Positions 29,601 to 44,675 of a stretch of 64,000 nt of DNA are shown here, piece by piece. The DNA lies in assembly GCF_009914755.1 (NCBI RefSeq), contig NC_060935.1, one strand, 5' to 3'. The position numbers and the translations under genes are program-made. The notes under the pieces were generated by a model, which was given only the letters and a program-made list of their open reading frames with translations, was not told the DNA's origin and searched no databases. The first letter of the stretch is position 1, and every line of letters begins with the position of its first letter. This DNA comes from the human T2T-CHM13v2.0 reference genome, Homo sapiens.

Positions 29601-32600
29601 TTGGCATAATTTTTATTTAACAACCTCTTATTTTCCTTGTTGTATCCTTTCTTGGAAGTGGAGTCTTTAATTATCTCCAGCACATAGGAAGTGACCTGAG
29701 TGCTGAATAAAAAATAAGCAATGGAATCGCTACATTAAAGATGCTTACAAACTTTTATTATCAATAAAATCTATAAATTTTACACCTATCAACTCAGAAA
29801 AATTCACTGGGAGGAGAAAAACTATTAAAAAGCCTAACTTCAAATGAACTCAAACTTTCCTGCCAAATCATAAATATGAAAAGTAAATCATCCATGTATG
29901 CTAGAGGATCTCTCTGGGAGAAGTGTCCTACAATTTATAACATTTTACAAGTGGTTAAATCCATTAAAACTTCAAAAACTTTTAGATTGTCTTTCTCCTG
30001 TAATGTGATATCTTCCCTAACTTGCTAAAACTGAGAACCCAGCTAGCTTTACATAACTGAAATGATTGAATTTGTTTGCCTAATACACTAATATTTGATT
30101 TTAATGAATTATCTCACTCCCACAAAGTGTCTTATGTTAGCTGCCTTCATACGTGGCCTTTTAATCATCCACATCTAAGAATACTGAGATGCAAAAATTG
30201 CTCAGAGTCCAGATGATAATAAGGCTAAGTTTATTTCTAGGCACAAGCATTTAGAACAAACTGCCTGCAAGGGACAAATTTACCGCCATGGGCCTTTTAC
30301 TTTCACTTGGTCTTACAGCTGCAGAATCCATCCCTAATTTTTGTCAACTGCCCATTGGCCTTTTAGAGGTTCTTAGTAAGAAAATCAATGGCTGAACTAA
30401 CTACTGCGAAAACTGAAAGCACATTATCTTCTCATGGTAATTAAGTCATTTAATTAATATTAGGAAATAAAGGAATAAGCACTAATAAATGGCCATTTAG
30501 ATTCTGGGTTTTGCGTGGTGACTTAGATGTCTTCAGTTTCATGGTTAAGAGTGTAAGGACTTTGGAATCAGTTTCTAATTTTAAAATTAAATTTCATCAT
30601 TTGCTATCTATGTGACCCTGGAGGCAAGTTATGCCCCTTTCCTTTGCCTACATTTCTCCATCTGTAAAATACAGGTTATACTGTAAATAATCATGGTGAT
30701 GTTCTGAAGAGAAAAGCTATCATAAGCACTTAGCAAAGTGTTTGGCACATTCTAATTATGCAACAAAAGCTATCATCATGTCCACAGCTTCAAGTTACCT
30801 CTTGTAACTAACACTTCCTAAATTCCTATGGCTAAATTACAAATTTCTACTCAAGTGAATTAAGTCCTGTGATTAGACACCTACTTTCCCTGAAGGTTTT
30901 AAAATTATCTTCAGATTCTGGCTTTCATTTGTCTTCCCAATGGCTTTCTGTTCCCTTAAATTTGTCCTCCATCTCTGCCCCCAATTACTCAGCTCTTTCC
31001 TACAGAGGATTTTAAGTAGCTTTACTGGGGGTATGGTAGAAAGAGAAAGGGGACTTGAAGGAATCTTTAAGGCATCAAAAATAGTCTAAGTTGGCCTCAA
31101 ATATGAACTGAGTAGTCTGGGCTCAATCTGTTACTGGAATTCAGCTTTCTTTAGTAGGAAGCCTTTGAAGGTTTTACATAAAATTATAATGATCCCATTT
31201 ATTACTATCAGCCTAAAGAACCATTTAAAATTTGTGAATTTTCTTGACACAATTTCCACATTTTTCTGTACCTTAAGAATGTATCATGCCTAGTTTTATC
31301 AATCATGTTTTATCACTGATACTAACAGAATCAAGGGTCTGTGGTACATTTATTTTGCTTTTGCCCATCCAGCCTTCCTTGCCCATTCTGGAAAAAGAAT
31401 GTTTTCAATAAGGGGACCCATTACAGATGGTTTGGGTGGCACACTGAGTATTTAGCAGGTGAGCCTAAATACTCCTTTATTGGATTTACTTATTCCCATG
31501 CTTGTGTACTGCTACTTACATCACAATCAAAAGCAGGGATTACCAGTTTTTTGAATTAAAACAAGATGCCCTCAAAGTTCAGAGTGCTATGAATGTTGCA
31601 ACCTCAAAGTTAGCTAGTGAATTTACATTACTGCCTATTACGACTCTAAATCCTGAGAGCCAGAAAAGGCCTATGAGCCTCAGATCTTACAAATAGCCTG
31701 GAGTACTTCTTGAGGATTTGTAAACATTCCTTGGACTCAGCAGTCCCTTGAGAAAATCATTTCCTCCAAAATCTGTGTCTATATTCTCTATCTTGTTTAA
31801 GCTCTCCCTCCATTCCCAAACCTAGGAATCATCCTAAATTTTCATCTAGACCCTAATTCAAGATCCTCAGTCTCTCTTCTCTTCCTACTGCTTCTGCTGT
31901 ATTTCATGCCCTCATCCTAACTGGTCTGTCTCTACACCAACTCTAATTGTTCCCTTCTATCAAAGCTAAACTTGATGCTGTTTTACTGGATGTTTTATCT
32001 AACACAGAGGTAAGAATTATTATTTACGAGCTACATATCACTATCAAAATGGCAATGAAAACTTTTGTGCTTTTTGCAGTAAGGATTCTGAAACTTCAAT
32101 TTGGAGGCTGTTAAGAAAAACTAGAGACCCTAAGAGTCATCAAATCACAAGTGATGAATTGGCTATTATATCCAAAACCATCCAGGCAAAATTACTACAT
32201 AATTTTATAACTTTACTAACACAACAAAAAAATTGTTCCTGGTTACCAAACACATTAAGAGTTTTCCATGCTATATGCCCATGTTATATCAGAAGCAGCA
32301 CAGAATAGTGGTTAAGAGCATGGAACAACACAGAGGCAGGCTGCATGAGTTTGAAATCTTTATACCACAACTCATTAGTCTGAACTCTGGATAAGCTACT
32401 TAACCAATGTCATAAAGTCAGTTTCCTCATCTGTAATATAAGAATAAAAAAACCCACCTCACAGCATGGTAAAGAAGATTAACAAGTTAATCATAAAAAT
32501 AAAATCTGAATAAATATGAAACTGCAAAATGAAATAAGCAAAATGAAGAAAAGGATCAGGGTGTTTAAAAATATTAATACATCCATCTAACCTCTTTACT

Positions 32601-33424
32601 GAACGAGGGGAAAGTGCCTCAAGTTCAGGGAGGTTTCCCTTTTCCAGACTCAATCACTGATTTTACTTTTATTAGCAAAGTTTTTAAAAAATAATTTAAA
32701 CATTTAAGCAGCATCTCTGCCTAATGAAAAAGGAATGGCAAATTGAATTATTTTGACACATAATCTTTAAGAAACATAAAAATGTTTAAGGCTGGAAGTT
32801 ATATTTCTTTTCAATGGACATTAAAGGTGACCCACTAAACGGAAAAACTAAGAAAAGTCATTGAGTTTTTAGTGAAAACATGGTCTTCAGAAAAACTGTT
32901 CTTAAAGATAATCTTCACAATGAAGAATTCTGTTAAAAAGTTAAAGAACATGCAGAAGAAAACCTCTGCAAGCCTGGTATTTTAGAGATAGTGCCATATG
33001 TATAAAGCCATAGGCATATACGTAACTGAAGAAGGCAAGCCATCCAACACCACCAGATTAAGTTGTTAAGATACCTGGGCAGTAGGGAAGCAGTCAGGGA
33101 TAATTAACAACAACAACAAAAAACCTATCAAACAATCAAAACAAATGAAACAGAAAACCCTATTAACAAAACCTAAAAACAAGCTGGGCTTAATAGCTTG
33201 CATTTCAAAACTGAGGCCATGGAATTATACTGGTGAAAACAAAGTAAATAACAAATATGAATGCCAAGTCAAAATAATTTGCCATAAAAGATGAACAACA
33301 AAAAAAAACCCTGTTAATGTTCAAATAGATAATTTAAAAGTACCTGACTGCTAAAAACAAAATTTACAGAGTACATACCCATATATCCTAAAAGGGACAC
33401 CAGCCCTCATAAATGAGCTTTTAA

Positions 33425-33865
<441 letters not shown>

Positions 33866-34537
33866 TCAAAGTCCCTTTAAAATATTTGCAAGAACTCTTT
33901 AAGTTTCTCTACACTTTGATGGTTGAATAATTTTCTGAAGAAAATTCTTAATTAAATCCTTGCATAAAATATAAATTAGAATAAAGTAAAATCATTACAG
34001 TCCTTTGCCAGTATAGTTACACCAAGAAGTTACATCTTCAACCTATAAACATTTGTTGATTCCTAATCATATCTTAATTGTTTATAAATTACTGGCTTAA
34101 ATTATTACCAAAAAAGTAGGACAAGTCTTAAGACCTTGAAGAATTCCACTAAAAACAGATGGTAAAAATAAAATGTTCTACTTTAGTTAATAGTATTATA
34201 CAAAGGTTAATTTCTTAAGTTTTATAAATGTTCTATGATAACGTAAGATTTTAACATTAAGATTAATATAAGACATAAAGAACTGTTGTATTTTTACAAC
34301 TTTTCTGTAAACCTAAAACTAGGTCAAAGAAGTTAAATAAAGGCTCAGTTTATTAGGATCTTACTTCCTTTATACTAGTAAATGTGCTATGAAAGAAAAA
34401 TAGCATTTTAGGTTTCCCATCTTTAGTTACCAAGTATATATATAATATACCTAACTTTGACTGCTTTGCTATAGTAATTATTTTTAATGCTAAAAAAGAC
34501 AAAGCAAATTTCTAGAGAAATAAATCAATAAGCACTT

Positions 34538-35549
34538 TTTATTAACTTTTTTGACAAACCGATAGTAAAACATATGCTACCTAACGATAACTGTGTCCCT
34601 TTATGTATGAGTCTAAGAGAAATATTCGGATTTTTATCTGGACAAGAAATTCAAAGGCTCCTTAAGAAGAAAGTAAATACCATGGTCACTAATGTAACCA
34701 GACTAAATATAAAAGCTACATATGTATGTGTGTGTGTGTGTGTATAAATCAATGTTTTGATCAATGTAACTAATCTGAGGTTACAATAACTCACTGCTTC
34801 AAATAATATTTCAATTACATGTAACAGATTAAGATACTGTTTAGGGGAAAACAGCCTCAGAAGGAAGTATGAACAAAAAGGGATATTAATCATTACCTTT
34901 AATCAAACTAATTATCAACCTTTCCCCCAACCCATAAAGACTTCATGTCTCTAAATGGTTCCTAAATCATGGAAGATAACTTGAAAAATTTTAAATACAT
35001 CTCCAGGTATCAGATGCTTATGTACTCCATGTGGGTCCAACTTTTACTGCCCAGAGTTTCTTGTCATGGTAATGTAACATCATGAAAGTCTGGTTGCCAG
35101 ATCTTTATGTTTTTATTTGTAACAGAGCTAAACCTTTTAACAATTATATTAACTACAACTAAGTTATTTGCTAATGGTAGTAGAATGATACATATGTTTT
35201 ATTCACGAAAATAGTACTTCTGCAAATTTTTCTTTGTAAGAATTCCATAAATACCAAGGAAAAGAAAAGACTCAAGGGGTTTGGGAAATAAACCCCTTTT
35301 AATTTTAAATCTACATAAGTTTAATTTATTCCCAAACTTTCTAAGTTCTTCCAGAGTTCTGGCCTTCAGAATATTTCCTAATTTTTCTTCTTGAGTTCTG
35401 CACTAACTCAAAACCTATCCAAACGATCTAATTCTGTATTACCTATATTTAATATAAAGTACAATATATAGTCAACATTGTATCACTAGAATTGTGAAGC
35501 TCTTCATGACTTTAAAAAAAAACTCCAAAACAATTAAGCTATTTTTATT
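34538..35549 (-). terminator. Cluster of candidate CHORDC1 poly(A) signals (AATAAA on - at 35544, 35325, 35198, 35112, 34538)
   Basis: TTTATT hexamers on + downstream of the stop codon in a repeat-poor AT-rich 3' UTR; actual usage cannot be read from sequence. Confidence 0.55.
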
Positions 35550-36484
35550 TAACATGTAATAGTCATAAAGCAACTCCATATATTTAGTTTTCTGATATCC
35601 TAATGTATTTCCACAAACCTTTTAAGTCTACAATTTTATATAGTTTTCCATCAGGGAGGCAAGATATATATAATTTCTTTTTATATTTAACTAAAGGTTT
35701 TAAGAGGGCTTAGTCTCTAAATCAGTAACAATTAGTCATAACACCATACAAACACATTTAAATATTCAGGAAAGAGGTTGTTAAGATTATTGCTTAGTCT
35801 TATAAAATGGTGAATTTTAACCAAATTGATACCTCTGTAATCTTATTTATGTTTCCTATAACATCATACTGCTTGGCAAGTAATGTAAGTTTTGACATAA
35901 TTTAAAAATTCAAGTAGTTGTAAACAAATTCTAATTTGTTAAACAATTCATATATTCCCCTTTAGTTACTATACTACCTCAGAATTAATCCTCCTTAAAA
36001 AAGTAATCATCCCACATAGAAAAAACTGCAGAGCTTCATCTCTTCCTTAAATATTTTCAAGTACTGTAAGAACACAAATCCATGAAAAAACTGATTAAAA
36101 TTTGACATTTCATCTTGCTTTACTAATTATGGAATAATACAAAAACATAAAAAAAATGTTCCTTAATATTTCTTTGCTTAACAGAGAAATACAAAGAAAT
36201 ACTGCAATTATGGTTATGGGCTACTTTCCAGCCTCTTCAAGTATAGGACACAACTATGGTTCCTACCAGTAGGGAGAAATGAATAATCAATCTTACATAA
36301 CACAAAAGAAAGATGAGAGGCACAAAAAGACAAACTGACTTTGGCTTTTAAGAACCTAATGTTAACCCTGAAATGCCACATTCAGTAACACAACAACAAA
36401 ACAAAAGATTACAGCAGCAAGCCACCACTTCACACAGTATTAAAAATTCGGAAATAATGTAATAGCCTTCCTTCCATCTCCCAC

Positions 36485-36631
36485 TCAATCTGTTGTGGCA
36501 TCTTTTTGTTTTTCCTGCTTTTTAGCTGCAGGCAGTTCAAGGCTTGCCCACTGCATCGGTTCAGCTTTTCTCATAGTGATTTCAATCTTTGTTGCAGTCA
36601 TAGTTACATAACTTCGCTTTACATCAATCAC
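36485..36631 (-). CDS. CHORDC1: CHORDC1 exon 11 coding part, VIDVKRSYV...KQKDATTD*
   Basis: ttacag| acceptor; TGA at 36487-36485; all 11 exons total 999 nt. Confidence 0.96.
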   Translation of the reverse strand: MIDVKRSYVTMTATKIEITMRKAEPMQWASLELPAAKKQEKQKDATTD

Positions 36632-36892
36632 CTGTAACATATCAAAGAGAATTACAGGAAACCTCAGTAGTTTTATTAGTCTCAGAGGAAAACATCAGAC
36701 TTGCTTATGCCAATAATCCCAAATCCAAGCTTCTAAAGGCCTCTTTTATATCTAGTCTTAAACTTTTTGGTAGGATACACTGTTAAGTTATACATCTATA
36801 CTTTGCATCAATGTTTACTGAAGAATTGTCTTTTATTCTACAAATGATCTAAGTTATCAGAAAAAAAATTCTTATAAATTTGTAATACTTAC

Positions 36893-36955
36893 ACCCCATA
36901 ATTTCACATTTTGATCAAATTCCTTCTCTCCTTCAAATACAATATGCACATTTAA
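36893..36955 (-). CDS. CHORDC1: CHORDC1 exon 10, [21 protein letters not shown]
   Basis: tttcag| acceptor, GGT|gtaagt donor; 63 nt. Confidence 0.96.
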
Positions 36956-37387
36956 CTGAAAAAGATATACACAGTTAATTGATCTAATTCAAACTGAAGA
37001 TTTATGCTATCAAACACTGATTATAAAAATAAGACTGACAAAAATGAATTAAGCTATTTTAAGAAACTGCCAATACTGTATTGTTTCATATGAGAAAAGC
37101 CACTGACAAAAAAGAATAACTGGCTTCAAGTTTCATATTGAGAACTAAGTACTATATTACTTGATAAATCTACTACAGTATCTCCAGAATGGTTCAGCAG
37201 TAAGTCTACTATACAGAAATTTTCATTTAAAATAGTTTCATAGAAGTAATTTAATTTTTTTTAATGGGAGTCATTATAAAATCTTACCCCCAAATCAGCT
37301 GAGATATAAACAATACTTTAAAATACAGTAACATAAAGAATGATGTATAGAAAAGAACTTTTACCCAAAATTATAAGATGTACTTAC

Positions 37388-37507
37388 CAATGTGCTATTT
37401 GCTTCTACTCGGCTAAGTTCTGGAAGTGAGTTTTTAGCATATACTGAAATGGTAACTTCACCTCCAGTCTGATGCCAGTCATGTCTACATGGAACAACTT
37501 TTTTCCC
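37388..37507 (-). CDS. CHORDC1: CHORDC1 exon 9, [40 protein letters not shown] (CS domain)
   Basis: ttacag| acceptor, TTG|gtaagt donor; 120 nt; DWHQT motif of the CS domain. Confidence 0.96.
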
Positions 37508-38518
37508 CTGTAATGTAAGAGAAACTCTGTAAGTTAAAAAAGTGCCACATAATTAATTTCTTAAAAAGAGGAATTTGACCCATCTGAGAAAAAACTACCA
37601 TGCACAACAACTAAGCACTTAATGTTTAAGGGCAAAAAACTTCTATATTTCCCAAGAGGCTTAAACAAGAAAATATATCATGGTACAAAGATTCTTCATA
37701 AATTTTATGATTTCAGAACACACTTACTCCTTCCCTTTGTTTTTTTCTTTCAGGGCCATAATATTGATACACAGCTAAAAAGACAATTTAAGAACTCCTA
37801 CTAAATTTAATCCAATTTAACATTCTGTAACCTACTAAGTACTGTCATCAAAACATTCTTTGAAGACTGAAATGAAAGACATTTGTTTACTGGGATAAAT
37901 CAGACAACACCTTAACCTCATGCACTAGAAACCTTATTTATTTTCTACAAATCAGAATCTAAGAAAAAAATCTGACCAGTTATTACTTTCTTCCCATTTT
38001 AATAAAGAACAAATGATTTTTGGATTTTCTGATTATGAAAATAATCCTTACATACCAGTAGTATACTATACTGCCCTACCAGTATTTTTTTTTATAGAGG
38101 CAAATGATGATTTGTTATATAAATGAGAACAATTTAGTTACATAATTCAGGAAACTGAGACACTACTGTTGTAAAAGGTACTATTTTCGTTTTGATAAAA
38201 TTACATTAACTAAATTTAAATTATATATATCACTCACATTTTTCCCCTTAGCTACTAGCTTAGATACTTAATACTTGATAACTGCATACATTAAAAAACA
38301 AGAGAAATTACATCATTTTATCTAGGATTATACTCCCAAACTTAACATAATGGAAAACAACATTTTATTTTTTCAAACTAAAATTTTCAAACTTTTGGAC
38401 TATAAAAAATACACTCTTTTTATTTAAAAACATTTCTGATAGTTTTGTGGTAGATGAATTTTTATAACTTCAGGGTATTTTTATAATATCCAACCATGTG
38501 TTATTAAAAAGCAACTAG

Positions 38519-38801
38519 GGCCAGGCGCGGTGGCTCACGCCTATAATCCCAGCACTTTTGGAGGTCGAGGCGGGTGGATCACGAGGTCAGGAGTCCAAGA
38601 CCAGCCTAGCCAAGATGGTGAAAACCTGTCTCTATTAAATATACAAAAAAATTAGCTGGGCGTGGTGGTACGCACCTGTAGTCCCAGCTACTAGGGAGGC
38701 TGAGGCAGGATAACTGCTTGAACCCGGGAGGCGGAGGTTGCAGTGAGCCTGCACTGCACGTCTGGGCGACAGAGCGAGACTCTGTCTCAAGAAAAAAAAA
38801 A
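38519..38801 (+). mobile_element. AluS with a small right-arm deletion
   Basis: Dimer; ...gtgagcc|tgcact... lacks the gagatcgcgcca segment. Confidence 0.85.
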
Positions 38802-39539
38802 GTGGGGGAGGGGCAGCAACTACAGAAGACTAAAATATTGAAATCTCTAAATTAATTTGAAAATTTAATACATTATAAAATACATTAACAATAGCTAACA
38901 GACAAAAACTTATTGAGCAATAAGTTGCTCATCCTCTCACAATTTAATGGGGTTTTGGGAAATTATTTGCATAGCCCCCAAGTCTTTTTAAAAAGCTGTC
39001 CAGGGAAGTAGGAAATGATGCTTTTTTCCCCCCTTTTGATAAATATCCCATTAGCAAGCAGAGGCATTCAAAACAATTCCACTGAAACAAGACTGCAATC
39101 CTCCTCTCTGGCCACTAGATGGAGTGTTTGTGCATCTGTAAATGATTGAAGTTTTAAGTGGCCAAAAGAATAACAGAGGTCTAAACGTTTAACGTCATCA
39201 AATTCATAGAAAAGTAATTTTTAAAAAACAAAAAGTAGGAAGAGGCCATGGAGCTAATTTTATTAATTAAAGAAGACAAAAATTCTTCAATTTTGTCAGG
39301 CTTAAGTATTTCACAAAACCTCACATGCTTGCATCAAAACAGACAATGGCTATTTTGCTCAAAAGGCAGTACACTGGCAGCTTGACTCAGATTCATTTTA
39401 TTTCGTAGTCACATCAAAGCTCTATGGTGCAAAAAAGAAAACTTTTTTTTAAAATCTAAAGACAGAATAATTTCAAATCTTTAAAAAATGACTCAGATGA
39501 ATATAAACCCAGTGTGCTATTTTTGGAAGAGTTACTTAC

Positions 39540-39645
39540 AGCATCTTTTTTAGTCCACATGTGTTTCCCTTTTGTACAGCCCTCTTGGGCTAAGAATGTA
39601 TTAAAATCAGAAGTTTTTCTTCTACAACAGCTCCAGTATTTCATC
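39540..39645 (-). CDS. CHORDC1: CHORDC1 exon 8, [35 protein letters not shown]
   Basis: ttaaag| acceptor, GCT|gtaagt donor; 106 nt; matches ORF 39456..39644. Confidence 0.96.
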
Positions 39646-40281
39646 CTTTAAATTATCACAGAAAAACTTCAGAAATAAAATCTCACAACCAATTAAATCC
39701 ACAAGTATTTTAGGGATAAATCTGATTTTTAATAAGCCAGTAAGTGTACAAACTCTAGCATTTTACAAGTGTCTAAGTTACTAAAAATGAATGTACAGTA
39801 TATCAGGAAGAATGTGGAAACAGAGTGGAAGATTTTTACACAGTGCTGCATTTCTATAAACTAGAGCATAATACAGAAGAGAGGCTCTCAACTGCAGGAT
39901 GCGGAAAAGTATGGGTCGTCTTGGGATAATGTTGTCTTAGTGCCCCAGGGCCCAAAATTCTAAATGCCCTGCAATGTGTAGGACAGTCCTTCAAACAAAA
40001 CATTTAGCCCAAATAGCATCACTTTTAAATACAGAATATGAAGAAAAACAGGCAGTTTATATCACAATGACCACTTAAGAACTGTAACCTTGTTTCTGTT
40101 TTCTCATGTATAAACACACAACATACAAACCCCTGTGTTTGTGTAGGCTATTGTGAAGATGTTAATGGCAATGTAAGTAAAATGCCTAATAACACTGCAT
40201 GGCAAACAATGTTTAAAGACAGAAAGGTTTAACTTTCTAAATTCTACCATAAACTATTTTAATAAGTCATGCATAAGTTAC

Positions 40282-40352
40282 CCCTCATGGAAAATAGGTA
40301 CTCCAGAATGATATACACAGACTTCTTCTAGACTCTCTAGACCCTGGTATGT
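40282..40352 (-). CDS. CHORDC1: CHORDC1 exon 7, TYQGLESLEEVCVYHSGVPIFHEG
   Basis: ttttag| acceptor, GG|gtaact donor; 71 nt. Confidence 0.96.
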
Positions 40353-41429
40353 CTAAAAAGGAAACAAAGAGAAAAAAAATTAGCTGCGTATCTTACAGTT
40401 ACATCTCATACATATTTGCAGTATTGGTGACCTCTACGAACTTTGCAAAATACTTAAATGACAATTACCTAGAAAATTCATAAATCCATCCCACGCCATT
40501 CTGTTAAAAAATGAAAAATGATTCCCTTTTGGACTTGGTTAAGTTTTAGGTTCCTTTGAGAAAGTCATATTAAGATGCTTTCAGCCTTTTGAGTATGAGA
40601 TCCCATCCAATCATATTCAAGTACTTACTTAGTTACTAATTTCAAAAACAATGTTGAAACCAAGGGATTAATACTCTCAATAAAAATACAGTTACTGCAT
40701 GACTTATGTGTACAGTAAACTCCATGTAAGTATTGTCAAATAATATGAGAAATCTAATAAGCAATTCTGGAAGTTCTAGAGTGATGGTGATTTCTTATCC
40801 CTATAAAGGGTAAAATGAGCTGCAGACCTATATATATATCCAGGGTTTGTCTGGAAGATCCGGGCCCCATTGCTGCTGTAGATGGAGGCTCTACAGATGA
40901 ATTCACAAAAAATTATGTTAATAAAACATGGATGTAGCCAGTAGTATATTTTCTATTTTTGTATTTATAGCACTACCTACAAACAGAAAATAAAATTCTG
41001 TGTTTATCTTTTATAAATCCAAAGTACAGTATTAGATGTGTATTTCTCCTTAAGATATTTCACAAGAACATAAAACTCAGTATGTTAGCATCTACTAAAC
41101 TTAATGCTATTGCCCCCACAGTCCATTCTTTTCCCCATATTATTTGATGGCACCGTACAGACTCAGTTTCTCAAAGCAAAATCCATTCGTTCCTCTTCAG
41201 CATCTCCTCTCCCTCCACCCATAGGCAGTCTATAATGAAATCTCATCAATTTGACTTGAATATATTAATTTGTTAATCTTCCTCATAAGCTAGCAGATTT
41301 TAAGCAATCAGACTATACTAACAGGTTTCTACTATTTCTCAGCCTTCGACTTCTATTTTCTACTAATTATCAAATTACTATCACCCTTTTGTTTAAAGTT
41401 CTTTAATTACATCCATGTCACACCTTATA

Positions 41430-42910
41430 CAATAATCAGTTCCAGGTCATTTACATATTTAAATGTGCCTCCATATGAGAAAACACTCACAGCCCTGAAG
41501 TAAGCAACGATTTCTTAAATAGAACATGGAAAGCACTAGTCATAAACAAAATGATGGACAAATTGGATTTTGTTAAAAAGCAATTTGATAAAAAGTTTAT
41601 CAAAGTCGTCATTAAGACAGTGAAAAAGCATAGAATTTCTGATAAGAGTCACAGCTAAAATATATAAAGAATTCTTACAAACTGGTAAGCAAGAGACATT
41701 AGAGATAGGTAAAAGATTCTGCACACTTCACAAGAGGATATACAAATGGCTAATAAACATACAAAAAAGCAGTCATCATTAGGGAAGTACAAATCAAAAC
41801 CATGACAAAACACTATACACACACTAGAATGGTTAAAATACAAAAAAAAAAAAAAAAAACAAAAAAAACTCGTATAACAAAATGTTAAGAAACCATAGGA
41901 CAAGTTGAACTAGCCTCACATACTGCTGGTAGAAACGTAAACAAATACAACCACCTTGGAAAACTATGTGGAAGTATCTGTTAATGCTAAAGATATACAG
42001 GTGGGCATACCTAATCCAAAATCTCAAATGCTCCAAAAATCTGTTAACTTTTTGAGAGCCAACATGACAGTTAAAGAAAATGCTCATTGGAGCATTTCAG
42101 ATTAGGGATGCTGAACTAACTGATAAGTATAATGCACATATGCCAAAATTTAAAAAAAAAAATCCAAAATACTAGAAATGGAAATGTGTATATGTGTCAC
42201 AAAAGTCATGCACAAGAATGTTCATAATAGGCCGGCTGCGGTGGCTTCACGCCTGTAATTCCAGCACTTTGGGAGGCCGAGGCGGGTGGATCACCTGAGG
42301 TTCAGGAGTTTGAGACCAGCCTGGCCAACATGGTGAAACCTTGTCTCTAGTAAAAATACAAAAATTAGTCAGGCGTGGTGGGCACCTGTAAACCCAGCTA
42401 CTCAGGAGGCTGAAACAGAAGAATCGCTTGAACCCGGGAGGCGGAGGTTGTAGTGAGCCGAGAGCCTACCATTGTACTCCAGGGTGGGTTACAAGAGTGA
42501 AACTCCATCTCAAAAAGAATGTTCATAATAGCATTATTAAAAACAATTTTTTAAAATTAAAGGACAATATAAAGTAGAAATTAGTTGTGGCACATTCAAA
42601 TAATGACATACCTTAAAGAAATAAAAAAACAAAACTAAAGCTACATGCAACAAAGATAAATAAAACAAGCATTATTATGCAGAAGACGACAAAAACAAGT
42701 ACATATTCTATGGTTATTTTTACATTAAACTCAGAAACAGAAAAAACATATGTTGACTGACAGAAAAACATTTGAGGAAGATAATGAATGAGAAAACACA
42801 TAAGGAGTGCTCTGCATTGCTGGTGTGTTTAATTTTGTGAAAATCCCTTGAGCTACAAATTTATATTTGTATATCCTTTAACAAACTTCAATGTTATATT
42901 TCAATGAAAA
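41430..42910 (+). mobile_element. Old L1M fragment interrupted by a MER46/Tigger4 piece (~41996-42170) and an AluS (42230-42514)
   Basis: L1 3' motifs; the Alu has a perfect TSD aagaatgttcataatag (42214-42230 / 42515-42531). Confidence 0.75.
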
Positions 42911-44616
42911 AGACTAAAAAATTCTTCAATTTCAATGGCCTCCACACTCTAACGTACAATCTAACTTCCCTGCATCACTAAACCCTTTTAGGATCTGGCC
43001 AGGTCTACTTATCTCTATTAATCTCAATTCCACAGCAGCAAATTTGTACCATTACATAATTTTCTCTATACTTGTGCTATTACTTACGCTTGAAATACCC
43101 TTTCTCTGTTTTCCCTGTCATTCACTTTTCAAAACACATCTGATACCTTCTCCTTGATCTTCCTCTATTACCCTACCATTTGCACTGCCTTCCCCAATCC
43201 AGTAATTACTAATTCCCTTTTATCTACTACTTCTACCTCATATACATGTAAATACAATTGTATCTCCATTCCTTAAGTGATCTAAAATTTAACATGAGGA
43301 AAAAGTATAAACCTGCCCCCACCCCATTTTCACCTTGTTGGTTAATGGTGTCACCAATCACCCAGATGCTTGAATTCCCTTCACATCGAATCCATTAGCA
43401 AATCCTGCTAATACAGGCAGATGCTCCTTTGCTTACAATGTGGTTATAGCCTGATAATACCATTGTTAAGTCAAAAAAATCTTAAGTTACACCATGGTAA
43501 GTTCGGAACCATCTGTACTTTCTGTACTTTCAAATTCTATCATTCATTCTACACGCACTGTTCTAAGGATTCAAGATACAACAAAGAAAAAAAATCCCTA
43601 TCCTCACAACTTTTACTCAGCATGGGGGTTAGATGGTATAGCTCAGAAGTAAAATAAGTATACAAAATAAGTAATATAAAGTGATTAAGAGCGATGGAGA
43701 AAAAAGGAGAGGGAGAAGAAATGTTGGAGGATATGCAAGTTTTATATCAAGTAGCAAGAGGCAGGAAAATGGCTTACTGGTATGTTTGACCGCATCCCAC
43801 ATTTAATCACTTCTCAACAAACTACTCTCCAATCCCACTGTCTGGTCTTCCACAATAGCATCCTAGCTGGTTTCTCTTCTTCCAATTCCACTCCTGCTGC
43901 ATCACCATGTATTTACCATTCACCAGTCACAGAATCTTTCTAAAACCCTTCCCTAAAGCAAGTAATAGCTTCTCCTAATACTTAGAATAAAGCCCAAATA
44001 CCTCATCATGGCTTAAAAGAACCACCATAATTCTGTCTACCTGTCTTACCTGCTACCCTTGCCCAAGCTCCACAGACCTTGTTATTCCTTGAATAGCCAA
44101 GTTCTAAAGCCTCTGCTCATGTTACTGCATCCAGAACACTCTTCACCCAGGTTTACATAATCCATCCAGTGCAACATGAAGATTTCTGATTTAGTGTTAC
44201 TATGTCAAGAAGGGCTTTGCTGATAAGCACTCCTTAGTATGTTTTATTTTCTTCCTATCATCCTGATTTTGTAATATCTAACTACCTATTTGTTGCTCTT
44301 CTCCCCATTCTAGAATATCAGCTCCATAAGAAAAGAAATGTTTGCTTTATTTGATACTATGTCTCCAGCCCATAAAATGTCTGGCACATAATAAGTGCTC
44401 AGTAAATGTTAAGTGAATTGGAATTACTTATTTTCATTATTCTACTGGACATGATGCTACTCAGAGTCTCTTATCCATGATTGTAGCCCTAGTCCCCAGC
44501 ATAATGTTCAATATATAATATGCATGCAAATGTTTGTTGAATTGAGTCAGCAAACTGCACTTTCCTCAAAATTAAAATTTTACTTCATAACACATCACAA
44601 ATCTTGTGATATATAC

Positions 44617-44675
44617 CTTTGAACACCCTCCATTCTTACATGAGGTCCCAATCTTAATTTCATCATTGTCTTCTT
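44617..44675 (-). CDS. CHORDC1: CHORDC1 exon 6, [20 protein letters not shown]
   Basis: ttacag| acceptor, AAG|gtatat donor; 59 nt; start of CHORD-II. Confidence 0.96.

Noticed and set aside
38907-38931. Overlapping short palindromes (aacttattg-ag-caataagtt)
   Set aside because: Too short to distinguish from chance in AT-rich DNA.
40763-40781. Possible intronic HSE (ttctggaagttctaga)
   Set aside because: The third unit is out of register (1-nt spacing).
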